DNA of 64,000 bases from positions 1 to 64,000 of the forward strand of contig BK006948.2 of assembly GCA_000146045.2 (NCBI GenBank), written 5' to 3'. Position numbers and translations under genes: made by a program. The notes under the pieces were generated by a model. That model had not been told where the DNA came from, made no database searches, and was given only the letters and a program-made list of their open reading frames with translations. Origin of the DNA: TPA_inf: Saccharomyces (lineage: Eukaryota). Below are positions 38,568 through 49,554 of the stretch, piece by piece. How positions within the stretch are numbered: the stretch's first letter is position 1; each line of letters begins with the position of its first letter.

Positions 38568-40400
38568 ATAAGCGTTTTAGTATATGGGAGGAATGACAGA
38601 GTATAAGCCGTTATGGTATACTACTACGAATACATAATTAAGAATAGGGTTTTAATGTAGTTGCTTGTATATCTTCTATGTTCCCCTTTTTAAGCACCCC
38701 TTAGAAAATATATATTGTCGAGGATTTTTCTCCAGAGACCATGAAATGAAAAAGAATCCGAAATATGCACTCCTTCGACCAAGGCTTTAGAGCACCCTCA
38801 TTTAAAGCCCGACCTGTAGTGCATATGCAAGATTAAGAAAAAGAACAGAGAGAAAAGTCCGCTTTACCATAATGTTAATTTATTCTAAATGCTCTCATTG
38901 ACTTTTATTTCACCGACCCTGAGTCAAATTTTCGACCATGTTATATACATGCTATTTAGTAATCAAGTGATTAATTTTACCGAACTCAAAGTTGCAGCCG
39001 CAGAAAATAGTCATCTGATAATCTTATATATAGATCCGACTTATTAAAGGACATAATTTTCAAAGAATCGGGTACGTGCCTAATGCAATCATGTCGTGTC
39101 AATCAACTTCCCCCATACTATATCATTGTTTTACGCCACGTTAATAGGAACCAACGAATTTCTTAAAGCCAATCCTTACTGCTATTTGCAGATGGACTGA
39201 CGGTTATGCATTCACTAACACCCCAGGTCTTACCGTACCACATATTTAGGTGCAATACTAATCAATTGTCTCTTGAACAGTAACGACGAAAGTATGAACT
39301 TCTTATCTATGCTATCTTCAACGTGATAGTTTATGCTACTTTGCAGATGTTTGAGTTAACCTGCTAAAATATATTAAAGCAGCTATAGTTATTTTGAGTT
39401 GGTCTATACAACTTCAGGAAAATGTCGTTTGAATATTCCTGCACAACGCTGGGATATTTACAACCAAAGATGCCACTACAAATAATAATGACATGTATAT
39501 GAGAACATTGCAAACGATTAACGCTGCTCACTTAATGCTATGTAGACTTCAATATATGTCTTTGAAAAACGCTTTTCCACAATCACAGGATAGCAGAGGG
39601 ATGCCTAGAGGAATACTCCCCGGCTAAAAATGCCTGAGACTGCCCATATATTCCCACGGTAATTATCCATATAATAACGAAATTGAGTTTTCTATAAGTA
39701 ACATCAGCCCATCACCCATTTATTTGTTCTATAGAATACTATACTCTTTTGCTCCAGTGTCTTACCTCAAGTGGACGCGCTCTCAGTGCCAAATACAGAG
39801 ACAACAAGGACCTGGAGAGTTGTTCATAACAAAAGTTTCATCATGCCACCAGCGTAATGACAGCCGCAGCAGTGTTTGACCAATTGAACTATGATAAAAC
39901 TACATTATGGTTTCTGACTATGTCTGTACATCCATGCATCATCTTTTGAAGTTTTTATTTTGATAGCATCCTATTTTGTGACTCTTACTTTACAAGAACG
40001 CCAACATAGGGAGTGATTGATATTCTCTGAATTTATCTGGATACAGCCAATGACATCCTGAAATACCTATAGTGACAGTAGCGCATTTCCTGGTCATTTA
40101 TTAATGGTTTTAGACACAAAATGAAGATAACAGATAATACGAAAGTATCTTAAACTGCAAAGGGGATCTATACGCCACGACTTACTGAACATCTCTGACC
40201 AATAGAAGATCCCTCAAGTTTATTAGGCAACTACAGTATGTTATTACAAGAGCATACGCCTGTATTTGGATGGCCAATGAACAAGGAGGATATTTTTTCC
40301 ACATATAAGTGACCGCCATTAAACAAGACATGTTTGAAATAACCTCCTTCTGTCATACTATGTGCTCACTATTTTCAGAAAATGCGGTTGAAAATCCTCG

Positions 40401-40410
40401 TCTGCGCAAA
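40401..40410. promoter_or_regulatory. Mac1 copper-response element (TTTGCGCA on the minus strand) at about -345 from FRE7
   Basis: tctgcgcaaa on the + strand. Confidence 0.55.
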
Positions 40411-40570
40411 TTGAAAAAGTCGATATACGTTTCAAGTAACGCAGCCGAAATGCCCGTTTGCCAAGCTTATTATATTTGGAAAAGTGTCAAATTATAGTGC
40501 TCGCATCTGGATGTACCGCGCATATTTCTTAGTTAAGCAGGATGTATAACTGCGCATTAATACGTGAGCA

Positions 40571-40580
40571 TTTGCGCAAA
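40571..40580. promoter_or_regulatory. Palindromic Mac1 CuRE (TTTGCGCAAA, reads TTTGCKCR on both strands) at about -175 from FRE7
   Basis: tttgcgcaaa seen directly. Confidence 0.6.
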
Positions 40581-40747
40581 TTCACTTCTTAAAATCTCTG
40601 AAGTACTTCTTCATTATGCACTCGTTTGTTCTCAAGATCATATAAACCATGCCTTTATTACCAATACTAAAAGTTTTTTATTGCAAGTAAAGGGATATTT
40701 CAAATTTTTATTTCAAAGTTTATTTATATACATCGATAAATAATAAA

Positions 40748-42610
40748 ATGATTGAAGAAAGAGATTTGGTTTTAAGCAATGGTATCCATTGTATTGCTGA
40801 CATCCACTCCGAACTATACGCCAGGTTAAAAAAAGAATCGCAGGCAGCGACACCATGGGTGTACCAAAAACAATACGGAAAATTCGTCACTTACTTTGTC
40901 GCTGTGATAATTTTTTTGTCTTTGATAAAAAAGCTGGCATTTATGTATTATGATTCCAGTGAGGAATTTCTTCCAGAAAAGAAGAACTCGCCGACTACCC
41001 CTTCTGTATTCCTTGCTCGAATAATGACGAAACTTGTCGCATTCAACAGATACATTTGCTACAGGAAATTTCCCACGTTGATATTTTCTTATTTAGGTAT
41101 TCCGACATCTGTGGGTACTTTTTTAGTAGTAATGGCTACCACTTTATACACACTTCTATACTGCTTTGTTCCTCATCCATTCTACAGACCTTGTGCAGGA
41201 TTTGGTTCGCCGCCTTTGTCTGTTCGTGCAGGCATAATGGCAATATCTTTGGTTCCGTTTGTATTCTCACTTTCCGGGAAGATCAACGTTATAGGTTGGT
41301 TGGTTGGGCTTTCGTATGAAAAAATCAACATATACCACCAATGGGCATCCATTCTTTGTTTATTCTTTAGCTGGGTTCATGTCATTCCCTTCCTACGTCA
41401 AGCACGACATGAGGGAGGATATGAAAGAATGCATCAACGGTGGAAGGCATCCGACATGTGGAGGAGTGGTGTCCCACCCATCTTATTTTTGAATCTGCTA
41501 TGGTTATCTTCGCTGCCTATTGCTAGAAGACATTTTTATGAGATTTTTTTGCAACTTCATTGGATTTTAGCTGTTGGATTTTACATTAGTTTGTTCTATC
41601 ATGTATATCCCGAATTGAATTCCCATATGTATCTGGTTGCTACAATTGTGGTTTGGTTTGCACAACTGTTTTACAGACTAGCTGTGAAGGGTTATTTAAG
41701 ACCTGGTAGAAGTTTCATGGCCTCGACCATTGCAAATGTCAGCATAGTCGGCGAAGGATGCGTAGAATTGATCGTCAAAGATGTGGAAATGGCCTATTCC
41801 CCAGGTCAACACATATTCGTGAGAACTATTGATAAGGGCATCATTTCCAACCATCCATTTTCTATCTTTCCGAGTGCAAAGTATCCCGGAGGAATAAAAA
41901 TGCTGATTAGAGCCCAGAAAGGGTTTTCTAAAAGGCTATACGAAAGTAATGACGACATGAAGAAAATTCTTATTGATGGGCCTTATGGTGGAATCGAGAG
42001 AGATATTAGAAGTTTTACCAATGTCTACTTGATTTGCTCTGGTTCAGGTATATCTACATGCTTACCTTTCCTGCAAAAATATGGCCCCATACTCCATAAG
42101 ACAAACTTAGAAGTTATTACATTGGACTGGGTGGTAAGACATAGGGAGGATATATCATGGATTAGAGATGAAATGTGTACCCTCTCAAATAATTTGCGCC
42201 AGTTATTTTTAGATGGGAAAATTGTGGTTAGAATTTACGTCTGCTCGGACAGTACCGTCCCTGGTATTATTAAAACTTTCCCTCAAACAATAGACACCGC
42301 CAGTGACCAATCTGATTTAGCTAAAAGAGAAAAAGATACCGAATTCGGCCAGGATGATACTGAGTCAAATTCAACTTTCGACAAATCCAATAACGAATAT
42401 AAAGGTCTCATCACCATTATTCCTTCCAAACCTGATTTGAATCAGGTCATTAATGATTACCAAATTGGGTTCAGGAACTGCTTCATTTGTTCAGGTTCTG
42501 ACAGCCTAAGGTATACCGTCGGAAATTCCGTGGCAGGTTTACAGGCCAAGGTTTTTTCTAACAAAAATGTCGAAGAGTGCTATTTACACAGCGAGAGTTT
42601 TGGCTACTAG
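40748..42610 (+). CDS. FRE7: Ferric/cupric reductase of the NOX/FRE family, 620 aa
   Basis: MIEERDLVLSNGIHCIADIHS...; heme-binding His pairs in TM helices; HPFS FAD-binding and GSGISTCLPF NAD-binding motifs. Confidence 0.9.
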   Translation: MIEERDLVLSNGIHCIADIHSELYARLKKESQAATPWVYQKQYGKFVTYFVAVIIFLSLIKKLAFMYYDSSEEFLPEKKNSPTTPSVFLARIMTKLVAFNRYICYRKFPTLIFSYLGIPTSVGTFLVVMATTLYTLLYCFVPHPFYRPCAGFGSPPLSVRAGIMAISLVPFVFSLSGKINVIGWLVGLSYEKINIYHQWASILCLFFSWVHVIPFLRQARHEGGYERMHQRWKASDMWRSGVPPILFLNLLWLSSLPIARRHFYEIFLQLHWILAVGFYISLFYHVYPELNSHMYLVATIVVWFAQLFYRLAVKGYLRPGRSFMASTIANVSIVGEGCVELIVKDVEMAYSPGQHIFVRTIDKGIISNHPFSIFPSAKYPGGIKMLIRAQKGFSKRLYESNDDMKKILIDGPYGGIERDIRSFTNVYLICSGSGISTCLPFLQKYGPILHKTNLEVITLDWVVRHREDISWIRDEMCTLSNNLRQLFLDGKIVVRIYVCSDSTVPGIIKTFPQTIDTASDQSDLAKREKDTEFGQDDTESNSTFDKSNNEYKGLITIIPSKPDLNQVINDYQIGFRNCFICSGSDSLRYTVGNSVAGLQAKVFSNKNVEECYLHSESFGY

Positions 42611-43469
42611 TAGGAAACAGATGGCATCCACCATGTGAAATATCATTCAAGCATTTCGGCAAAACCATGTAAATATTTGATTATTAGCGGGTAAATATGT
42701 AATAGTTATGCACTTTAATTCTTTTGTTCATCTAGAAGACAATACAACGCATTTCTTGGCTAACCATCTTACAGCCTTGAGGGTAAAGGGCGGGCAAACG
42801 AACAAAAGTACAAAATTTCCATCCTTGTTTGATAATCATTTCCTCGGACCAGATAAGAATGAGCAGCCGAAATAAACGGTAACGTGATTAAAACCGCTAG
42901 AAGAGTGTTTTTGTAAGGATGAAAACCTCAGTGAGAAAGTTGACAATATAAACATTATCAGCTTTTCTCGCCCTCTTTTGCACTTCCTGCAACATTACTT
43001 GTTCTGCAGCTTGTTTCTTCCAAATATATCCATGCTCTCGGTGTGCCACTTCTGGGGTTTCTCACCAATAACAGAACATATCCAGTATAATACATACACC
43101 ATATTCACACCCTATTTCATATCATTAACCTCTTCATTTTTAAATGCCAGCGATTACTTTGACTTCTAATCAAGAACGCGAAAAAAAATTACCGCGTGAA
43201 CTATGTCATATTTGCGATTTTAGGTACAATAAATATTATCATTATTATATTATGTTTGCATGTAGGTTCTACAAATACATTGTTGTACGCTATAGTTTCC
43301 TTTCAAAACTAGAAAGAATTCGTAACAAAATAATCTCCAATATTTTATAGCACCTTATTAATATCAATGCTGCAATACCTTCTCATTTCAACAATTGGCC
43401 CTCACCTCTTTTGTACAAAAAACGTCGCCATTGATAAAATAAGTAAGAAGCATATAATTGGAATGTCCA

Positions 43470-43477
43470 TTACGTAA
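43470..43477. promoter_or_regulatory. CRE/ATF site (TTACGTAA; Sko1 and Yap-family target) at about -224 from GRE2
   Basis: ccattacgtaaaag seen directly. Confidence 0.6.
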
Positions 43478-43501
43478 AAGAAAAAAAATCATGTGTACAT
43501 A

Positions 43502-43509
43502 TTACGTAA
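43502..43509. promoter_or_regulatory. Second CRE/ATF site (TTACGTAA) at about -192 from GRE2
   Basis: tattacgtaatag seen directly. Confidence 0.6.
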
Positions 43510-43542
43510 TAGAATACGGAATTTTCTCGCGGAAGTAGATCT

Positions 43543-43550
43543 TCCGTGGA
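43543..43550. promoter_or_regulatory. PDRE variant TCCGTGGA (consensus TCCGYGGA) at about -150 from GRE2, inside the imperfect palindrome tcgcggaagtagatcttccgtgga
   Basis: Seen directly. Confidence 0.45.
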
Positions 43551-43693
43551 AAAAAAGGAAAAAGTCCGATCAATATTGAAAAAGGGATCCTTAGTTTCCC
43601 AACTATATAAGGAGGAAAAGTCTATCTCTGTAGCGTTGATATAACGTGTACGATTTTCAAACAAACAGATAGCAGTATCACACGCCCGTAAAT

Positions 43694-44722
43694 ATGTCAG
43701 TTTTCGTTTCAGGTGCTAACGGGTTCATTGCCCAACACATTGTCGATCTCCTGTTGAAGGAAGACTATAAGGTCATCGGTTCTGCCAGAAGTCAAGAAAA
43801 GGCCGAGAATTTAACGGAGGCCTTTGGTAACAACCCAAAATTCTCCATGGAAGTTGTCCCAGACATATCTAAGCTGGACGCATTTGACCATGTTTTCCAA
43901 AAGCACGGCAAGGATATCAAGATAGTTCTACATACGGCCTCTCCATTCTGCTTTGATATCACTGACAGTGAACGCGATTTATTAATTCCTGCTGTGAACG
44001 GTGTTAAGGGAATTCTCCACTCAATTAAAAAATACGCCGCTGATTCTGTAGAACGTGTAGTTCTCACCTCTTCTTATGCAGCTGTGTTCGATATGGCAAA
44101 AGAAAACGATAAGTCTTTAACATTTAACGAAGAATCCTGGAACCCAGCTACCTGGGAGAGTTGCCAAAGTGACCCAGTTAACGCCTACTGTGGTTCTAAG
44201 AAGTTTGCTGAAAAAGCAGCTTGGGAATTTCTAGAGGAGAATAGAGACTCTGTAAAATTCGAATTAACTGCCGTTAACCCAGTTTACGTTTTTGGTCCGC
44301 AAATGTTTGACAAAGATGTGAAAAAACACTTGAACACATCTTGCGAACTCGTCAACAGCTTGATGCATTTATCACCAGAGGACAAGATACCGGAACTATT
44401 TGGTGGATACATTGATGTTCGTGATGTTGCAAAGGCTCATTTAGTTGCCTTCCAAAAGAGGGAAACAATTGGTCAAAGACTAATCGTATCGGAGGCCAGA
44501 TTTACTATGCAGGATGTTCTCGATATCCTTAACGAAGACTTCCCTGTTCTAAAAGGCAATATTCCAGTGGGGAAACCAGGTTCTGGTGCTACCCATAACA
44601 CCCTTGGTGCTACTCTTGATAATAAAAAGAGTAAGAAATTGTTAGGTTTCAAGTTCAGGAACTTGAAAGAGACCATTGACGACACTGCCTCCCAAATTTT
44701 AAAATTTGAGGGCAGAATATAA
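43694..44722 (+). CDS. GRE2: NADPH-dependent methylglyoxal / 3-methylbutanal reductase, extended SDR, 342 aa
   Basis: MSVFVSGANGFIAQHIVDLL... Rossmann motif GxxGxxA and YxxxK; matches Gre2. Confidence 0.92.
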   Translation: MSVFVSGANGFIAQHIVDLLLKEDYKVIGSARSQEKAENLTEAFGNNPKFSMEVVPDISKLDAFDHVFQKHGKDIKIVLHTASPFCFDITDSERDLLIPAVNGVKGILHSIKKYAADSVERVVLTSSYAAVFDMAKENDKSLTFNEESWNPATWESCQSDPVNAYCGSKKFAEKAAWEFLEENRDSVKFELTAVNPVYVFGPQMFDKDVKKHLNTSCELVNSLMHLSPEDKIPELFGGYIDVRDVAKAHLVAFQKRETIGQRLIVSEARFTMQDVLDILNEDFPVLKGNIPVGKPGSGATHNTLGATLDNKKSKKLLGFKFRNLKETIDDTASQILKFEGRI

Positions 44723-44937
44723 ACTTTAAATGAAAATAGATAATATTTATATATATTAACGTTATTACAATTATTTTTTATCATCTAGTACATCTCTGCG
44801 CATTTTTCTCTTCTATATACAGCTTAATATGTCGAAAACGCGAAGCAAGAAAGAAAAGAAAATTGACGAAAAAACAATAGAGAAACGTTCAGATAAGCAT
44901 TTATCTTTGCAACACATCACAAGAAAAGCTGTGCACA

Positions 44938-45633
44938 ATGACCGGAGCAGCAACTGCAGCAGAAAACTCTGCCACACAGTTAGAATTCTATAGAAAAGCT
45001 TTGAATTTCAACGTTATTGGGAGATACGATCCAAAAATAAAGCAACTACTTTTTCACACACCACATGCGTCACTGTATAAATGGGACTTCAAGAAGGACG
45101 AATGGAATAAACTAGAATATCAAGGTGTTTTGGCCATATATTTGAGAGACGTCTCGCAAAATACAAATCTTCTACCCGTCTCCCCACAAGAAGTAGATAT
45201 TTTTGATTCACAAAATGGTAGTAATAACATTCAAGTAAACAATGGTTCTGACAATAGCAACAGGAATAGCAGTGGAAATGGGAACTCTTATAAAAGTAAT
45301 GATTCGCTAACATATAATTGCGGCAAAACTTTAAGTGGAAAGGACATATACAATTATGGATTGATCATATTAAACCGAATTAATCCTGACAATTTTTCTA
45401 TGGGCATTGTTCCCAATAGTGTCGTAAATAAAAGAAAAGTATTTAATGCAGAAGAGGATACACTTAACCCACTAGAGTGCATGGGGGTAGAGGTGAAAGA
45501 TGAATTGGTCATTATTAAGAACTTGAAGCATGAGGTCTATGGTATATGGATTCATACAGTTAGTGATAGACAAAATATCTACGAACTAATAAAATATCTT
45601 CTGGAAAATGAGCCAAAAGATTCTTTTGCTTGA
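44938..45633 (+). CDS. DCP1: mRNA decapping complex subunit (EVH1-like), 231 aa
   Basis: MTGAATAAENSATQLEFYRKALNFNVIGRYDPKIKQLLFHTPHASLYKWDF...; Asn-rich insertion; matches Dcp1. Confidence 0.9.
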   Translation: MTGAATAAENSATQLEFYRKALNFNVIGRYDPKIKQLLFHTPHASLYKWDFKKDEWNKLEYQGVLAIYLRDVSQNTNLLPVSPQEVDIFDSQNGSNNIQVNNGSDNSNRNSSGNGNSYKSNDSLTYNCGKTLSGKDIYNYGLIILNRINPDNFSMGIVPNSVVNKRKVFNAEEDTLNPLECMGVEVKDELVIIKNLKHEVYGIWIHTVSDRQNIYELIKYLLENEPKDSFA

Positions 45634-45689
45634 GCACAGAGGTGAGATGCCCAAGTGAGAATTTTTTTTAAATAATGATGTACTTTAAT

Positions 45690-45692
<3 letters not shown>

Positions 45693-45733
<41 letters not shown>
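45693..45733. repeat. (AT)~20 microsatellite in the DCP1/SPT20 convergent 3' intergenic region
   Basis: Seen directly. Confidence 0.9.
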
Positions 45734-45736
<3 letters not shown>

Positions 45737-45759
45737 AATGATAACTCTATTTAAGTAGA

Positions 45760-47574
45760 TTATGACATTGTAGTAGAAGAGGGCGTGCTACTTGCGCTCT
45801 GTTTCTTCTTAGTCATTCTTTTCTTTTTAGGAGCTGGTGTACCGCTCTCGCTTTTTTTTGCATTTTTTCTAGGTCGCTTAACCTTTGGTTTATCTAAATT
45901 ATTATTATTATTATTATTGTTACTGGTGGCATTGTTACCACTCCGTTTATTTGCGTTTTTCATGGCTCCACCATTCTGTTGTTGCTCCAAGGCCTGCTGT
46001 TGTCTTTGAAGTAGCTGTTGCTGTGGAGTCAATGGTGCTGTCATCGATATTCTAGCGTTGAAGGGGGTTGGATTGATGTTTGCACTTAAAGCCTGCTGTT
46101 TTCTTTTTTCTTTATTTATTCTCCATTGTTCAATAAATTTCAGCCTGCTAAATTGATTATTATCGTTACCCATGGTAGATCCCACTGCAGCCGCAGCCGC
46201 TGCCGCTGCCAAAGCTACTTGATTGCCATTAGCCAAACTGTTATTCCTTGTATTTGATGCGGAATTCGAAGTTGAGGACGAAGCTCCACGTACCCCGTTG
46301 GAACTGGAGCTAGCAATCTCCATCGCATTCTTGGTTAACGAAACAGCAAACGTGGAGTTGGTTATCGTTGTTGTGCGTTCATTCATGATCAACATCAACT
46401 GTTCATAATTTGAACTATGTTGCGGAAATTCATCGCGTTCTTCGATATGCCCTACAACGCCCTTCGTGCCTTCTCTCGTAGACTCAGCACGATGTTCGTG
46501 AATGAAGGATTTTTTTTCACTATCCCAATGAGGTTCTGAAAAAGCTGTTTCCTCCAACATGTCTCGGTGCTCATATGGATTTAATGGCACACTTAGTGAC
46601 AAGTTCCTCTTGGTAAGTGTTAAAATTTCAGATTCAAACTGTTGATAAATGCTATCAGAAAACCTGGCATTATCTGCATAAGACATCATGTCATAATACG
46701 TCGTCAAATCATTAGGCTTCAACAATGTTCGATATACTCTAGGTCGTTTGAAGGATGCCTTCTTATTTGCTGTGTTTGCGCCTGTATTTGCCACACCACT
46801 ATTAGGTTCGGATGGTTGTTGAATCTTGGAATTGTCCTGTGTGCTATTATTATTTGAAGGGGAAGAAGAGCTGTTCAAATTAGGCTTGTTCTCTTTGGGG
46901 GTGACATCAACTGTATTAGTATGGTCATAAACCTGTAAAATAAGATTTCCTTCGTAAAATTGGATATTACAGTCCCTTAAGACTTCCATAATAGCATCAG
47001 GAATCCTTCCTCTTGCGACGTACTCTAAAAATTCTTTCAAAGTTTCGTTATTTTTGGTTAATATTAAACCGTCACTAGTCAGCTCGGGTTGCTTTTGCTG
47101 CTGTTGTAACCTGCTATTTGCAGGAGCGCAAATCTTATAATTATTCTCATAAATATGAAATTCAAAACTGTGTAAATATTGCTCATATTTTTTCAAAATT
47201 GAGTCTGCATCTTCCACAAAATTGTAAAGTCTTTTAGGTCTTTTGTTTAAGGTCATAAGCATTTGATAAAACTGAGCCTCATAGTTTTGGAGTGCTTGCT
47301 GTTTTCTCTGTTGTTCGAGTAGTCTTTGCTGTAGTAATAATCGTTGTCTTTGCTGCAATTGCTGTATTTGCTCCCTGGTTAAAGTCCTAGTACCTTCATT
47401 GGCATTACTATTACTGTTTGTCCTCATAACAGGATGATTTACATTTGCTACCGCTGGGTTCATAGGAGGTGGTACATTAACTGGACTGCCTGGCGAACCC
47501 ATATTGGATGGTGTTGCGTTCACAGGAATACCAAATACATGGGGATCGTTTCCTGTCGGGCTATTGGCACTCAT
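45760..47574 (-). CDS. SPT20: SAGA complex architectural subunit, 604 aa
   Basis: MSANSPTGNDPHVFGIP...; Q-, N- and A-rich tracts; matches Spt20; the track ORF carries 7 extra residues. Confidence 0.9.
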   Translation of the reverse strand: MSANSPTGNDPHVFGIPVNATPSNMGSPGSPVNVPPPMNPAVANVNHPVMRTNSNSNANEGTRTLTREQIQQLQQRQRLLLQQRLLEQQRKQQALQNYEAQFYQMLMTLNKRPKRLYNFVEDADSILKKYEQYLHSFEFHIYENNYKICAPANSRLQQQQKQPELTSDGLILTKNNETLKEFLEYVARGRIPDAIMEVLRDCNIQFYEGNLILQVYDHTNTVDVTPKENKPNLNSSSSPSNNNSTQDNSKIQQPSEPNSGVANTGANTANKKASFKRPRVYRTLLKPNDLTTYYDMMSYADNARFSDSIYQQFESEILTLTKRNLSLSVPLNPYEHRDMLEETAFSEPHWDSEKKSFIHEHRAESTREGTKGVVGHIEERDEFPQHSSNYEQLMLIMNERTTTITNSTFAVSLTKNAMEIASSSSNGVRGASSSTSNSASNTRNNSLANGNQVALAAAAAAAAVGSTMGNDNNQFSRLKFIEQWRINKEKRKQQALSANINPTPFNARISMTAPLTPQQQLLQRQQQALEQQQNGGAMKNANKRSGNNATSNNNNNNNNLDKPKVKRPRKNAKKSESGTPAPKKKRMTKKKQSASSTPSSTTMS

Positions 47575-47932
47575 CCCTGAAATATATAGGCGCAAATTAA
47601 CCGTAACTATTCCTTCCTAATCCTCTTGAAGGCTACTTTTCTCATTCTTTTATCTCTGCTGGTCGATCATCTTAACACTTCTTCATGATTAATGGTCGTC
47701 AGGTATCACGAGCGGGTAACAGAACTAAGCAGTTATAGCGATCCCAGTTTTACTTTAAAGATAGTTAGTTAGTTATTAATGGTGCGGATAACAAGAACTA
47801 TTGTCACTCAGAATCTTATACAGGTATGGACATGGAACATTGGGTCATATACATAAGAAATAAATTATAAAGAAGGGTCGAATCAAACATAAGCGGAGAA
47901 TAGCCAAATAAAAAAAAAAGATGAAAAGAAAG

Positions 47933-48643
47933 CTATGTAGCTTTCCACATGTCTTGCATACCAAGGATAGATGTGACAACACCGGATAGCGCAACATACT
48001 CTTCGTTGCTAGACAAGTACCCTAGGTTGTTGAGGACGATGAACGAATCTGCAGCATCCCAGAATAGTCTTCTTAACGCGGTGTACCTGTCTTGGTATGC
48101 CTTCCCTAGTACCTTCTTGTGATCCTCATGCTCATCGCCTTGGCTTTGTGATTTTGCCTTGACAAACGCAGCAATCTGGGCATGAGATGTTTGGATCTTA
48201 CGAAGATCCATAGCCAGACCACTTAGGAGGCCGAACAGCCAACACCAATTGGACCAGCGAGGTATTTTCTTACCGGTAAGAACGGTTACAGGAATCACTT
48301 TCAAAATTCTCAAAAGATTGACTTGATCTAACGACAAATATGCAGCAAAGAAGATGTTTTTCAAAACATTGCAGACTCTAACGACGTTGTCGCTGGCCAA
48401 CTTGTTATCGTAGAATTTAGCAGCTGCCTGCAAGTGGTTTAAAGGCTTCAGAAACCTCAGAAATTTTCTGACTGTGGTAAATTGAGCTTGTAATTGCCTG
48501 GCCAAGAGAGATGAGTTCTGTACTGCTAAAAATCTTGCTAAATACTGCAGTAATCTGAGAACCTTTTCTCTGCCAGCTGAGCCATCTAGAAATTTGACGA
48601 ATCTCGTCACGGAGGGATGATATACCAGTGTATCACAGACCAT
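47933..48643 (-). CDS. PEX11: Peroxisomal membrane protein, peroxin 11, 236 aa
   Basis: MVCDTLVYHPSVTRFVKFLDGSAGREKVLRLLQYLARFL...; the track ORF is extended at the 5' end by an alternative start. Confidence 0.9.
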   Translation of the reverse strand: MVCDTLVYHPSVTRFVKFLDGSAGREKVLRLLQYLARFLAVQNSSLLARQLQAQFTTVRKFLRFLKPLNHLQAAAKFYDNKLASDNVVRVCNVLKNIFFAAYLSLDQVNLLRILKVIPVTVLTGKKIPRWSNWCWLFGLLSGLAMDLRKIQTSHAQIAAFVKAKSQSQGDEHEDHKKVLGKAYQDRYTALRRLFWDAADSFIVLNNLGYLSSNEEYVALSGVVTSILGMQDMWKAT

Positions 48644-48863
48644 ATTGATTATACTATTACTTGATGAAGTCTTTGAAGTAGTAGATGGAGACAACGGTTT
48701 TTCAGTTGTTGGAGTCACTTCCCTTTTATATCTATAAATGATATACCCATCGCTTCGGGTTCTCCGAGATAAATGCCGACGCGTAGTGAAAATCGCAATG
48801 GAATTGATGCCAACTTTGTTCTTGGTATTATATTTTTACAATAGAAGGGCAAGCATAGAAAGG

Positions 48864-49448
48864 ATGGGTTACTATGACATTGATGATGTCCTAGCAGATG
48901 GGACAGAGTTTCCTTGTAAATTTCAATATGATATTCCTGGTCTTGGTTATTTGGAAAACAACCCAGGACGACCCATAACGAAAAACACTAAACTAAGCCT
49001 GCCACTATGGTTAGCAAGAATCCTTGCAATTGTGGGTGGTGACGAAGCCTTGGTAGATGAAGAACCTGTACCTTTTGTGGAACTCCTGCCACCAGATATG
49101 TTTTCTACGAAAGTTATGAACGCTATAAAGACCGATCCGGTGGCTCTGGACTTGCATTCCATAAATTCGCATTTCTTCAGTCTAGCCATAAAATGGATAA
49201 TGTTGTTTAGCGAAAAAGAACTGGCCAATGTCGTTAGTGAGCTACTTTTGCAACGTGCCCAAGAACTTAATCATCATGCTAGTAGTTTATCGATTGATCT
49301 CAATGCAGACTCGACCGGAAAAAATTCAGCGAACACTAATATAGCAACTAGCACATTTTTACTGAAACTAGAAGAAATGGAGAAGGAGATATATAAAAAG
49401 TCTCATGAATCTTATAAGGACACGAAAAGGTGGATGTTTAAAAAATAA
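48864..49448 (+). CDS. PSF3: GINS complex subunit, 194 aa
   Basis: MGYYDIDDVLADGTEFPCKFQYDIPGLGYLE...; the track ORF is extended 42 codons upstream through a non-ATG start. Confidence 0.88.
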   Translation: MGYYDIDDVLADGTEFPCKFQYDIPGLGYLENNPGRPITKNTKLSLPLWLARILAIVGGDEALVDEEPVPFVELLPPDMFSTKVMNAIKTDPVALDLHSINSHFFSLAIKWIMLFSEKELANVVSELLLQRAQELNHHASSLSIDLNADSTGKNSANTNIATSTFLLKLEEMEKEIYKKSHESYKDTKRWMFKK

Positions 49449-49554
49449 CACATCTTTTTCTTTAGAAATACACTATATAAAATAACTATAAAAAAAAGGC
49501 AACAGTATAATATTAAGTTTCTTTAAAAGTCTTGATTCTAACCCTCGCCTCTTC

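Noticed and set aside
45089-45313. 74-aa minus-strand ORF inside DCP1 (the annotated dubious YOL150C)
   Set aside because: It overlaps the Asn-rich low-complexity part of DCP1 on the opposite strand, so no independent support is possible from sequence.
45785-46009. 74-aa + ORF (Leu/Phe/Cys-rich) and 46223/46642 ORFs opposite SPT20
   Set aside because: They are antisense to SPT20 low-complexity Q/N/K-rich coding sequence and are artefactual.
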